Shown in pieces: positions 11,287-20,773 of a DNA stretch of 64,000 nt. The notes beneath the pieces were generated by a model. That model was not told the origin of the DNA. It made no database searches and saw only the letters and a program-made list of their open reading frames with translations. The position numbers and the translations under genes are program-made. The stretch spans positions 544,001-608,000 of the forward strand of contig OY969559.1 of the NCBI GenBank assembly GCA_963701075.1. Reading direction: 5' to 3'. This DNA comes from an uncultured Nitrososphaerota archaeon (GTDB lineage: Archaea; Thermoproteota; Nitrososphaeria; Nitrososphaerales; Nitrosopumilaceae). Position 1 is the first letter of the stretch, and every line of letters starts with the position of its first letter.

Positions 11287-11700
11287 ATGACATGTAAAGG
11301 AATATGCACAAGATACAAGGCACAGAAGCCAGTAGGTACGGGACGTTACGCATCAGGACAAAAAAGATGCCAAATCTGCGAGATCTTCATAAAATGGGAA
11401 GGTCTTTGGTGTCCTTGCTGCGGATACAGACTCAGAACTAAACCACGAAACCTCAAGTATAAAGCAAAACTACGAGCAAGAGTCGAAGCTGATCAATTAG
11501 AAGCTGTTGCTGTAAAGGCTATGGAAGTAGAAGAGATAGCACCAGTGATAGTAAAATCTCCAAGAAAGGCAAAGACGACTAAGGCTAAGGCTATGGAAGT
11601 AGAAGAGATAGCACCAGTTGTAGTAAAGTCTCCAAGAAAGGCAAAGACGACTAAGGCTAGTACTATAAGGAAAGTAGCAATAGAACCTGTAGCAGTATAG
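11287..11700 (+). CDS. Thaumarchaeal Cys-rich Zn-finger protein with Lys-rich duplicated tail
   Basis: MTCKGIC...KRCQIC...CPCCG; ATG at 11287 preferred over 11230. Confidence 0.75.
   Translation: MTCKGICTRYKAQKPVGTGRYASGQKRCQICEIFIKWEGLWCPCCGYRLRTKPRNLKYKAKLRARVEADQLEAVAVKAMEVEEIAPVIVKSPRKAKTTKAKAMEVEEIAPVVVKSPRKAKTTKASTIRKVAIEPVAV
11515..11658 (+). repeat. In-frame tandem duplication, 2 x 72 bp
   Basis: 11515-11586 and 11587-11658 encode KAMEVEEIAPV(I/V)VKSPRKAKTTKA twice. Confidence 0.95.
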
Positions 11701-11713
11701 GCGTAGTTAGCTG

Positions 11714-12055
11714 TTGATATCACAAGTCGGGTATAAGAAAAAAACCGTCAGCGTGAATCAACGAGAATTTTTGGTTCAAATAGTTCCCTTCGATAATGGA
11801 GATTTTATTTCTATAACTGAAGGAAAGGAAAAGATTGGAACACTTGTTGTTTCAATAGGTTCTGCTGGGCGTACTACAAGTACTGCCACAGTAATACCAT
11901 CGAAATCAGAAACAATTTTTCTCAAGATGGTAGCTGAACGCGTAGCTTCAACTATTAATGGCATTTGTATTTTTTCATTAAATATTCAAAAAGAATTGGA
12001 ACTTGATAGTATGAAGGTTCTAATGAATGAAGTAATGGAGATTATACGACCATGA
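11714..12055 (+). CDS. Hypothetical protein (possible proteasome assembly chaperone-like fold)
   Basis: Clean 113-aa ORF overlapping the ubiD-family start (ATGA). Confidence 0.55.
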   Translation: MISQVGYKKKTVSVNQREFLVQIVPFDNGDFISITEGKEKIGTLVVSIGSAGRTTSTATVIPSKSETIFLKMVAERVASTINGICIFSLNIQKELELDSMKVLMNEVMEIIRP

Positions 12056-13386
12056 CTGCAGACTTGAGAGGGTATCTAAGCCAAGTTTCTAAGGCAAAAG
12101 AGTTGGCAATTGTAAAAAAGCGGGTCTCTACAAAATATGAGATTGCAGCTGTAACAGCAAAACTTGATGGCTCAAAAGCGGTCTTGTTTGAAAATATTAA
12201 AGAAAGCAAATTTCGTGTAGTATCAAATCTTGTTGGTACAAAGAAAAGATTTGCACTTGCAGTAGGAGCTACAGAAGACAAGATTCACGACAAAGTAATC
12301 CATGCGATAAATCATGCATCAAGGCCCAAGATAATAAGAAAAGGCAGATTCATGGAAAATCATTCACAAGACCTCTACGATCTGCCTATAATAACACATT
12401 TTGAAAAGGAGCCAGGTGCCTTTATCACATCTTCCATAATTTATACAAAAAATCAGGAGACTCAAACCCAAAACTCGTCTTTTCATAGGCTTCTCAGGCT
12501 TGACAAGAGCCACTTTTCAGTAAGAATGGTCGAAGGAAGACATCTACATAGATCCTATATGTATGCCAAAGAGCATGGTGAAGACCTGCGTGTAGCCATT
12601 ACTGTAGGAGTACACCCTGCTGTATCAATAGCAGGCGCCTATCAGGCTGAATGGGGCAAGGATGAGCTTGAGATAGCAAACGAACTGCTAACCAGGAAAC
12701 TGACACTGGCAGCGTGTTCTTACTCTGGTATGCTGGTGCCATCCGAATCCGAAATAGTCTTGGAGGGGCGTATACTCAAGGACAAGACCCACAAGGAGTG
12801 GATGGTGGAGATGCTTCGCACATATGACTTTAAGAGAGAACAGCCAGTCTTTGAGCTCGATAGGATGTATTTTAGAAACAATCCCATCTTTCATGATATC
12901 TTGTCAGGATATGCAGAACACAGATTACTCATGGGAATGCCAATTGAAGCAAAACTAAACAAAAATCTCAAGCAGATATTGCCACAGATAAAAAGTGTAG
13001 TACTAAGTGATGGGGGATGCAATTGGCTTCATGCCATAGTGCAAATTTCAAAGAAGAAAGAATCCGATCCAAAGAAGGCAATCAATGCAACCTTTGGTGC
13101 TCACAGGTCACTCAAACAGGTAACTGTGGTAGATGATGATATTGATCCGTCCAATCCAGTGGAGGTTGAATATGCCATAGCAACAAGATTTCAGGCAGAC
13201 AAGAATCTTGTAATAATACCAAAGGTACGCGGTTCAAGCCTTGACCCATCAAGTGATCAAAAAAATTTACTTACAACAAAAATGGGAATAGATGCAACCA
13301 AATCTTTCTCAAAACGTCCGGAAGGATTTGAGATTGCAAAGATTCCACGATCAGAAAAAGTCTCTCTGAAAAATTATCTCAAGTAA
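12052..13386 (+). CDS. UbiD family prFMN-dependent decarboxylase (candidate anhydromevalonate phosphate decarboxylase)
   Basis: DLPIITHFEKEPG, SFHR, EIVLEG, VDDDID, SSLDPS, KMGIDAT. Confidence 0.88.
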   Translation: MTADLRGYLSQVSKAKELAIVKKRVSTKYEIAAVTAKLDGSKAVLFENIKESKFRVVSNLVGTKKRFALAVGATEDKIHDKVIHAINHASRPKIIRKGRFMENHSQDLYDLPIITHFEKEPGAFITSSIIYTKNQETQTQNSSFHRLLRLDKSHFSVRMVEGRHLHRSYMYAKEHGEDLRVAITVGVHPAVSIAGAYQAEWGKDELEIANELLTRKLTLAACSYSGMLVPSESEIVLEGRILKDKTHKEWMVEMLRTYDFKREQPVFELDRMYFRNNPIFHDILSGYAEHRLLMGMPIEAKLNKNLKQILPQIKSVVLSDGGCNWLHAIVQISKKKESDPKKAINATFGAHRSLKQVTVVDDDIDPSNPVEVEYAIATRFQADKNLVIIPKVRGSSLDPSSDQKNLLTTKMGIDATKSFSKRPEGFEIAKIPRSEKVSLKNYLK

Positions 13387-13387
13387 A

Positions 13388-14297
13388 CTATCTTAGAGCA
13401 GAGTCTACCATGAGTGCAATAAACAAGATTGCAAGGTATGGACTAGAGAACTTGAACAATGTCCAAGATGCCCTCTCAGAAGGTTTCACAAGAAGCCATA
13501 TGCTTAACGCTATCATTATTGCACCTGATGCTATTGCGCTGTAAAGATAGGTTGCATGGAACAAATGTTTTCCAGAAGCGTCTGTCATGAAAAATGGTAA
13601 CACGCTGAACAACACCATCATCAAGGTGGTGCCAGCTATTACTCGAACCGATGTCTTTTCAGATTCAACTGCAGTAAGCATTGGGACTTTGACTTTGTTG
13701 TAATCGTCCTTGACATGTAACGTGAGACTCCAGATGTGCATTGGAATCCAGACAAAGACCAATCCTGCCATGACCAATCCGAGATCCCACATGCCGGTTG
13801 TTGTTACTGCCACATAGCCAATCATTGCGGGAGCTCCTCCTGAGAACCCTCCCAAAACAATATTTGTCCTGCTTCTTCGCTTTAGAAATTTACTATAAAC
13901 TAGAATGTTGTCTGCAAGACCAAATGCCATAAAGATACCAGCCCATATGTTAATTGCAAATGCACAAACTAGTGATATGCCGGCAAGAATTAATCCAAAA
14001 TACAACGCCTTCTTTGCTGGATATATTCTCCTGCTTGGGATCGGCCTTTCCTTTGTTCTTTCCATGATGGCATCAATGTCCCTGTCATTGTAGTTTGTTA
14101 GTGTGTTAGCTGCGGCAGAGCCTGCTATGACACCAAAGGTTACAAGTGCCCAAGTCAGGGCAGATACTGGAATATGATATAGATTAGAAGCAGTATATGT
14201 TGCACCCATTGCGGTAAAGACCAAAAGGTACCATATCTTAGGCTTGGTTACTTCATAGTACGTCTTAATTCTGGAACTAGACTTTTGTTGTTAGCAC
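13388..14297 (-). CDS. ctaB: Protoheme IX farnesyltransferase (heme O synthase); apparent frameshift near the start
   Basis: DRDIDAIMERTKERPIP, WIPMHIWSL, DDY..VKVPM. Upstream in-frame YYEVTKPKIWYLL; GTG 14297 joins if the extra base in AG[a]CT at 14281 is removed. Confidence 0.9.
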
Positions 14298-14350
14298 ACT
14301 CTCTGCCCTTTTTGGAGACTTTTTGTTATTTATAGGTTGAAAATATTGGA

Positions 14351-14809
14351 TTATTTAGCAGTCTTATAGGGCATTGGCTTTGTGGTTCTTTTCATCTCAA
14401 TGAAGCTCTCAGAACGCTGAACTCCTTGTATTCGTCCGACCCTCTCTGATATGAGCCTGTGCATCTCATCTAGATTCTTGGCATACATTGTAACAATGAT
14501 GTCAAACCTGCCTGTTACTTCTGAGATCTCCCTTACCTCAGATATCTTTAGCAGCTCCTCAATTACGTGGTCCCTCATCTTCGAGTCCATGTTTATGCCC
14601 GTTAGGGCTTTCACAGTATAGCCAAGCTCCCTGTCATTTACTACGATGGTAAAACGCTCAATCAACTTTCTTTTGATGAGCCTTTTGATTCTGCTGTAAA
14701 CAACAGACGAGTTTACGTTTATCTTCTTTGAGATTCGAGGAACTGAAATATTTGCGTCCTGTGACAACTCCGATAAAATTATCATATCTAAATCATCAAC
14801 TTTTGCCAT
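14351..14809 (-). CDS. Lrp/AsnC family transcriptional regulator
   Basis: VDDLDMIIL...SVVYSRIKRL HTH, EVTGRFDI. Confidence 0.9.
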   Translation of the reverse strand: MAKVDDLDMIILSELSQDANISVPRISKKINVNSSVVYSRIKRLIKRKLIERFTIVVNDRELGYTVKALTGINMDSKMRDHVIEELLKISEVREISEVTGRFDIIVTMYAKNLDEMHRLISERVGRIQGVQRSESFIEMKRTTKPMPYKTAK

Positions 14810-14884
14810 TCAAAACACCATTTATTGTGAATAAATGGATCTTAATAAACTTGTTATTATAATTTTTCTATAATTCACAGTAGA

Positions 14885-15964
14885 CTAGATGTAGCCTTTC
14901 TTGTATAGCATTTCAGCTAACAAGACAGCTCCCTTGGCAGAGCCCATCTTCTCGTTATGTGAGAATAACACGTACTTTATGCCGTTATCAAAAACTGTAT
15001 CCTCTCTGATTCTGCCAACCACTGTTGTCATGCCGTCATTAATTTCACGATCTAGTCTTGGCTGTGGTCTTGTTGGATCTTCATGAACCAAAAGATACTC
15101 TTTTGGGGCAGATGGAAGACCCGTGACACTTATCTTGCTTGAAAACTCTTGCATGGCCTTCTTTACACTTTCTGGGTCAGTGTGAGATGCCATTTCGACG
15201 AAAACAGTTTCTGTATGCCCATCAATTACAGGAACTCTTGTGCATGTACAGCTAACTTTCAGTTTGGCCGGGTCTATCTTACCATCTACTAGTTTGCCAA
15301 GAATTTTTCCTGTTTCAAGCCTAACCTTGTCTTCTTCTTTTGGAATGTATGGAATTATGTTATCTGTAATATCCAACGCAGAAACACCAGGAGACCTTCC
15401 GGCTCCGGACATTGCCTGCATCGATGTCATGATTATTTTTTGTGCGCCAAACTTGTCCAAGAGTGGCTTCATTGTAATTGCAAGACCAGTAGTGGTACAA
15501 TTTGGTAGAGGTGCTACAAATCCCTTCCATCCTCTGTTTTTTCTCTGCTGATCTAAGAGTGCAACATGATCGTCATTTATTCCTGGAATCAAAATTGGTA
15601 CATCTGCTTCATATCTGTACGCTGCAGAGGTGCTAATGACAGGTATGTCCTGTGCAAATTTTGACTCTATATCTCTCGCAGCTTCGCTTTCAACGGAGCT
15701 GAAAACTAGATCGAGGTTTTCTGGTTTGATATCATCAACTGATTCAATTATCATATCCTTAACGTATTCAGGAATGGGTTCCCTGAGATGCCATCTAAGT
15801 ATACCGCTATTTGGGTCTCTTATTGCATCGACAAACTTTTTCTTTGCAGACCTTTCTGATGCAGCTATCTGCTTTACCTCAAACCATGGATGGTTGTTTA
15901 GGGCTAACACAAACTCCTGTCCTACTGCTCCAGTAACGCCTATTACAGCTACCCGTTTCTTCAT
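14885..15964 (-). CDS. asd: Aspartate-semialdehyde dehydrogenase
   Basis: GVTGAVGQ, PNCTT, QAMSGAG, RVPVIDGH, RPQPRLD. Confidence 0.93.
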   Translation of the reverse strand: MKKRVAVIGVTGAVGQEFVLALNNHPWFEVKQIAASERSAKKKFVDAIRDPNSGILRWHLREPIPEYVKDMIIESVDDIKPENLDLVFSSVESEAARDIESKFAQDIPVISTSAAYRYEADVPILIPGINDDHVALLDQQRKNRGWKGFVAPLPNCTTTGLAITMKPLLDKFGAQKIIMTSMQAMSGAGRSPGVSALDITDNIIPYIPKEEDKVRLETGKILGKLVDGKIDPAKLKVSCTCTRVPVIDGHTETVFVEMASHTDPESVKKAMQEFSSKISVTGLPSAPKEYLLVHEDPTRPQPRLDREINDGMTTVVGRIREDTVFDNGIKYVLFSHNEKMGSAKGAVLLAEMLYKKGYI

Positions 15965-16031
15965 ATGAAAAAATTCTGCTCATACAATTAATATTCCTTT
16001 AGCAGGGGATCCAAAACACAACTAAATACCC

Positions 16032-17129
16032 ATGAGATATCATGAGGGTGTGAGACTCAGAGTAGAACCTCATGTTGCCAATCACAAAACCGTAATCCAT
16101 GGAGGAGTCTATTCTGCAGGACTTGAATTTGATCCAAAAATACTAGACTTTAGCTCAAACGTCAATCCATTGGGGTTTCCGCATGCAATAAGAAATGATC
16201 TAAAAAAAAATTCTGCTTTGTTTTCCGTATATCCTGATTCCGATTCAACTAAACTAAGGGATCATTTGGAAAAATATACTGGAGTTCCAAAAAGTCAGAT
16301 AATAGTAGGCAATGGGGCCACTGAGATAATTTACAACTTTAGCAAGGCATTTTTGAACAAGCGCAATGTGTCAATTCCAATACCGACATTTGGAGAATAC
16401 GAGTCGGCAGCAAAACTGAATGGTGCCAGAGTTTCTTATTTTAAGACCATGAACCTAAATCAAGACATTGATAATTTTTTAAAAACAATCTCAAAAAACC
16501 ACTGCATCTTTGTTTGCAACCCAAACAATCCTACCGGTGTTCTCACTAGCCAAAAAAACATGCTCAAGATCTTAGATCTCTCGCATAACAAGTCTGCTCT
16601 GGTCTTTGTAGATGAGTGTTTCATCGAACTTGCTTCAAACCCAAAAGAAAGCATAGTATCCAAGCTGCATGAATTTGATAACCTCTTTATCTTGAGGTCT
16701 ATGACAAAATCCTTTGGGCTTGCAGGCCTACGAGTAGGATATGGACTTGGAAGCAAGAAGATGGTTGGGTTTCTAAACAAGATCAAGATTCCATGGAATG
16801 TCAGTGGCATTGCCCAAAATATTGCGATAAGAGCACTATCAAGCAGATCACATCTAGAAAAGACAAGAAAACTAATTGAAAAAGAACGCAAGTTTCTGAA
16901 TAGTTCAATATCAAAGATTGATGGATTTCGATGCTATGACTCTGACGCAAATTTTATTTTGATAAAATCAAAAATAAGCTCAAAGCAATTACAGAAAAAA
17001 CTGTTGAAAAAAAATATTTTGATAAGGAATTGTAGCTCGTTTAGAGGGCTAGACAGCAAGTTCATTCGTATTGCTGTACGAACCCATGGTGAAAATCAGA
17101 GACTTGTCAAAGAGTTTGGAAAGTCATGA
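16032..17129 (+). CDS. cobD: L-threonine-O-3-phosphate decarboxylase (PLP class I)
   Basis: HGG, DFSSNVNPLG, CNPNNPTG, RSMTKSFGLAGLRVGY; first gene of the cob cluster. Confidence 0.85.
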   Translation: MRYHEGVRLRVEPHVANHKTVIHGGVYSAGLEFDPKILDFSSNVNPLGFPHAIRNDLKKNSALFSVYPDSDSTKLRDHLEKYTGVPKSQIIVGNGATEIIYNFSKAFLNKRNVSIPIPTFGEYESAAKLNGARVSYFKTMNLNQDIDNFLKTISKNHCIFVCNPNNPTGVLTSQKNMLKILDLSHNKSALVFVDECFIELASNPKESIVSKLHEFDNLFILRSMTKSFGLAGLRVGYGLGSKKMVGFLNKIKIPWNVSGIAQNIAIRALSSRSHLEKTRKLIEKERKFLNSSISKIDGFRCYDSDANFILIKSKISSKQLQKKLLKKNILIRNCSSFRGLDSKFIRIAVRTHGENQRLVKEFGKS

Positions 17130-17968
17130 CAAAAACATTAATGATTCAAGGAACATCTTCTGGTGCAGGCAAGACAACTCTTGTCACTGCACTGTGCAGA
17201 ATTTTTGCAGACGAAGGTTACAGGGTGACCCCATTCAAGTCACAAAACATGTCATCATATTCTTATCGAAGAGATGATTTTGAGATCTCAAGGGCTCAGG
17301 CAATTCAGGCCATTGCAGCCAGGACAGATATCTCTGTGCATATGAATCCTATTCTATTAAAACCGCTTGGAGATTACAAAAGTGAAGTCTTTGTCAAGGG
17401 AAAATTCTACAAAAAGATGCACGCTGGTGAATATTACAAAAAGTTCTCTCTCACGAGGGGTCTTGACATAGCAAAGGAATCGCTTGATCATCTAAGAGAG
17501 AGGTATGATCTTGTTATTCTAGAAGGAGCAGGTTCTCCTGCAGAGATAAACATGCAAAAGTATGATATCGCTAACATGAAAATGGCAAAGTATTGTTCAT
17601 CACCCGTAATTTTAGTATCTGATATAGATAAGGGAGGAACATTTGCTAGTATAGTAGGAACACTGGAACTGCTTGAGGGAGAATACAAGAGATTTGTCAA
17701 GGGATATGTGATAAACAAGTTCAGAGGCGACATTGAGATTTTACGTCCGGGTTTTATGATGTTAAAGAAGAAGACTGGCAGGCCAGTATTTGGAACAATT
17801 CCGCTCTTAAAATTTGATATTCCAGATGAGGACTCGTTGCATGCAAATCCAAAACAAGTATCATTTACTACAAAATACATTAGATCCCTTGACAAAGAGA
17901 TAGAGAATTTAAGTCGCGTTGTGAGATCAAGTCTAAATATGAAAGCAATACGTGGTCTTTTGAAATGA
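17126..17968 (+). CDS. cobQ: Cobyric acid synthase (synthetase domain only, 280 aa)
   Basis: QGTSSGAGKT, PFKSQNMS, NPILLKP, EGAGSPAEIN, INKFRGD, DEDS. Confidence 0.9.
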   Translation: MTKTLMIQGTSSGAGKTTLVTALCRIFADEGYRVTPFKSQNMSSYSYRRDDFEISRAQAIQAIAARTDISVHMNPILLKPLGDYKSEVFVKGKFYKKMHAGEYYKKFSLTRGLDIAKESLDHLRERYDLVILEGAGSPAEINMQKYDIANMKMAKYCSSPVILVSDIDKGGTFASIVGTLELLEGEYKRFVKGYVINKFRGDIEILRPGFMMLKKKTGRPVFGTIPLLKFDIPDEDSLHANPKQVSFTTKYIRSLDKEIENLSRVVRSSLNMKAIRGLLK

Positions 17969-18957
17969 TGCTAGTACTTGCTCTCTCAGTTGTACTTGCA
18001 ATTGGACTTGATCTTGCCCTTGGCGATCCAAAAAACAGGTATCACCCAACAGTTTGGATCGGAACCCTGATTGGCAAGTTTGCACCATTGGTAAGATCAA
18101 ACAATCCCATGTCTGAAAAATTAGGGGGACTAATTCTTGTTGTCTCTGTAGCAACACTTGTTGCTGTTTTAGCGTTTTACATTGATCAAGCCTTTGCGTA
18201 TCTTAACCGCCTTGATCTGATTGAATTCTCAAAGGTTCTAGTCTTGGCAACTTCTGTGTTTGCAATTGGATTGTTGCTAAAGACTACTATTGCAGTCAAG
18301 GGAATGCAAATGCATGCATCGCAAATCATGGACTCTCTGTCACGAGATGATCTAGATGATGCAAGGGCAAAACTATCAATGATAGTGAAGAGAAACACAA
18401 AAAATCTGGACAAGCAACACGTCATATCTGCTACACTTGAGAGCATAAGTGAGAATACTGTGGATGGAATCACGGGTCCTCTGTTTTACTTTGCATTTTT
18501 TGGACTTGTGGGAGCCTTTGTTTATCGAACCATAAACACTGTAGATTCAATGATTGGATACAAGACTGACCTTTTTAGAAACTTGGGATGGTTTGGAGCA
18601 AATTGTGATAAGATGCTAAATTTTGTACCCTCAAGATTGACAAGTCTGATTATGATACTTGCAAGCATAATTGTAGGAGGTAACTGGAAACACTCACTTG
18701 AAGTAATGAAGCGAGATGGTCCAAAGACTGAGAGCCCAAATGCTGGATATCCAATGGCAACAATGGCTGGCGCACTGGGAGTTAAATTTGAAAAACTAGA
18801 TCACTATGTATTGGGTGATGGCAGCACAGAGTTTACAGAGAAACATTTCAAGGCTGCCATTTCGATAATGAAAGTTACAACCATTCTGTTTGCTATATTG
18901 TTTACAATTCCCATGATTGTAATCTTGTCTTACTTGGGATGGTGGAGTCTTGTTTAA
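17965..18957 (+). CDS. cbiB: Adenosylcobinamide-phosphate synthase
   Basis: GDP...HP, ESISENTVDG, NTVDSMIGY, SPNAGYP. Confidence 0.92.
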   Translation: MMLVLALSVVLAIGLDLALGDPKNRYHPTVWIGTLIGKFAPLVRSNNPMSEKLGGLILVVSVATLVAVLAFYIDQAFAYLNRLDLIEFSKVLVLATSVFAIGLLLKTTIAVKGMQMHASQIMDSLSRDDLDDARAKLSMIVKRNTKNLDKQHVISATLESISENTVDGITGPLFYFAFFGLVGAFVYRTINTVDSMIGYKTDLFRNLGWFGANCDKMLNFVPSRLTSLIMILASIIVGGNWKHSLEVMKRDGPKTESPNAGYPMATMAGALGVKFEKLDHYVLGDGSTEFTEKHFKAAISIMKVTTILFAILFTIPMIVILSYLGWWSLV

Positions 18958-19675
18958 AGGAATCACATCGGTAATTTCATTTCTAACAATTATTCCGTCA
19001 AAAAGCGCCGAGCTTGATACTGTTGCAAAAAACATGTATCTCTTCCCAATTGTCGGTGCATTGATTGGACTGATGATTGGTACCGCAGGTTATGGACTCT
19101 CTTTGTATGTTCAGCCACTAATTGTAGGTCTTGTTCTAACAGGTGCACTTGTAATCATTACGGGAATACATCATACAGACGCTCTCTGCGATTTTGCCGA
19201 TGGTATGATGGCAAAGGGAACAAAGGAAAAGAAACTCAAAGCGATGAGGGACCCGGCAGTTGGCTCAGCAGGTGTAGTTACTGTAGTTCTTTACGTAGCT
19301 GGAATGATAATGTCAATTTCCATGATGAAGGGTTTTGTTCTCTTTGAGGCAATATTGGTTAGCGAGCTTATGGCAAAGTTTGCCATGGTTCTACAAGCAA
19401 ATCGAGGTTCCTCTGCATGGCAAGGGCTCAGCTCTCCATTTACACAATCCATGAAAAGTCCAGCCAAATTGGCTGTGGCAGCTACATTGGCAATAGTGCC
19501 TACCATTATTCTAGGCGGCATTACCGGAATCATAGTAACAGGTGTTACTGTTGGGATGTCATTTTTGCTTCTTGCTGTGGCAAACAGGAGCTTTGGGGGA
19601 ATTTCAGGCGACGTCTTTGGGGCAAGCAATGAACTTGTAAGACTTGCATCGCTTATACTTTTTGCATCGAGATGA
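18950..19675 (+). CDS. cobS: Adenosylcobinamide-GDP ribazoletransferase
   Basis: FLTIIP, GIHHTDALCDFADG, MRDP, GGISGDVFGA. Confidence 0.92.
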   Translation: MFKGITSVISFLTIIPSKSAELDTVAKNMYLFPIVGALIGLMIGTAGYGLSLYVQPLIVGLVLTGALVIITGIHHTDALCDFADGMMAKGTKEKKLKAMRDPAVGSAGVVTVVLYVAGMIMSISMMKGFVLFEAILVSELMAKFAMVLQANRGSSAWQGLSSPFTQSMKSPAKLAVAATLAIVPTIILGGITGIIVTGVTVGMSFLLLAVANRSFGGISGDVFGASNELVRLASLILFASR

Positions 19676-20256
19676 TTGGCCTTGTAATGTGTGGAGGCAA
19701 GGGTACAAGGATGGAGTTAGCCCAGGAAAAACTCCTCCTCAAATACAGAAAACCCATTATCCAACATGTTATTTCCGCATTAGAAGAATCTGGATGTTTC
19801 TCAAAAATAATATGCGCTACAAGTTGTAATGCTCCAAAAACATCCAAGTTTGTAAAAGATCTTGGTATGTCAACAGTTGAAACAAGGGGAGAAGGATACG
19901 TGAAGGATCTAAATGAGGCACTGAAAAGTTTTGATGATAATGTCTTTGTAGTGTCCGGTGATCTTGCATTGCTAGATTCTGAAATCATACAAAAAATTGT
20001 AAATGATTTTGAAAACAGGCAATCGTGGACAAGTGTTCTTGTAAGCAAGAAATTCTTAGACTTGATTGGAATAAAACCAGAATATCTTGTAAATTACAAC
20101 GGAAAAGAATGTGCATTTACAGGCATATCAATTGTAAACCCAAAAGCGATTGTAGGAATGGAACATGTACAAGAATCCTATATTGTCATTGATGACAAAC
20201 GTATTGCGATAAATCTTAACACAAAAAGCGATTACGAGCTACTCGGCGCTGCCTAA
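19672..20256 (+). CDS. cobY: Adenosylcobinamide-phosphate guanylyltransferase
   Basis: MCGGKGTRM...EK, GYVKDL, INLNT; cob cluster. Confidence 0.85.
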   Translation: MIGLVMCGGKGTRMELAQEKLLLKYRKPIIQHVISALEESGCFSKIICATSCNAPKTSKFVKDLGMSTVETRGEGYVKDLNEALKSFDDNVFVVSGDLALLDSEIIQKIVNDFENRQSWTSVLVSKKFLDLIGIKPEYLVNYNGKECAFTGISIVNPKAIVGMEHVQESYIVIDDKRIAINLNTKSDYELLGAA

Positions 20257-20439
20257 AACTTTACCATTAATCTCTGCGATAGAACCTGTTGGTTCAGCCA
20301 ATGTATTGCCACAAGCCTTGCATGCAACTGTGGTAGAAACATGGGAATAAACAACACTTTCTTCTCCGCATTCTTTACACTGGACTCGCTGGAATCTACT
20401 TCCTGGTTTTGGGATAAGGATTTGGGCCTTTTTCATTAT
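20239..20439 (-). CDS. rps27e: 30S ribosomal protein S27e
   Basis: PKPGSRFQRVQCKECG...CKACG..LAEPTG; start taken at MKKAQ. Confidence 0.95.
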   Translation of the reverse strand: MMKKAQILIPKPGSRFQRVQCKECGEESVVYSHVSTTVACKACGNTLAEPTGSIAEINGKVLGSAE

Positions 20440-20717
20440 GCAGCAACCAACTCCAACTTTCTTAGTCTTATTCCTGGCACATTCCATTTCTTTTTACATT
20501 CAGGACATGCAAAAATAGGTGTCATCTTCTTTGTAGTCTTTGCCGGCTTGGCTAACTTGGGGAATTTCTGACCGCCGTATCCTTTCTTGTCTTCGGCGTG
20601 TCTTCTTTCACCTATTGCAGAACCTCGTCTTTTTCCTGCCTTGTACAAGGAGACCTTCTGTAGCGTATGTTTCTTACACTTGCGACAGTATCGCCTGATC
20701 TCCTTTGGCATGTTCAT
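20436..20717 (-). CDS. rpl44e: 50S ribosomal protein L44e
   Basis: YCRKCKKHT, GYGGQ, CPEC. Confidence 0.95.
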   Translation of the reverse strand: MNMPKEIRRYCRKCKKHTLQKVSLYKAGKRRGSAIGERRHAEDKKGYGGQKFPKLAKPAKTTKKMTPIFACPECKKKWNVPGIRLRKLELVAA

Positions 20718-20742
20718 AAAAGAAGACGATGGCTGACCGTAA

Positions 20743-20755
20743 TTTAAACATCGCT
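20743..20755 (+). repeat. attL core TTTAAACATCGCT
   Basis: Identical to 33053-33065; lies immediately upstream of the likely integrase start. Confidence 0.8.
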
Positions 20756-20773
20756 ATACCTAATGTCAAGCGT

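Noticed and set aside
20743-20760. Chromosomal dif/Xer site
   Set aside because: The arms are too short and imperfect for an archaeal dif site, and the site is duplicated around an element that has its own integrase.
20729-20773. SSV1-type split integrase (att site inside the int gene)
   Set aside because: The ORF can be extended across attL, but an ATG at 20774 lies at normal TATA distance and the integrase looks complete inside the element. No clear int(N) fragment was seen at attR. Not fully excluded.
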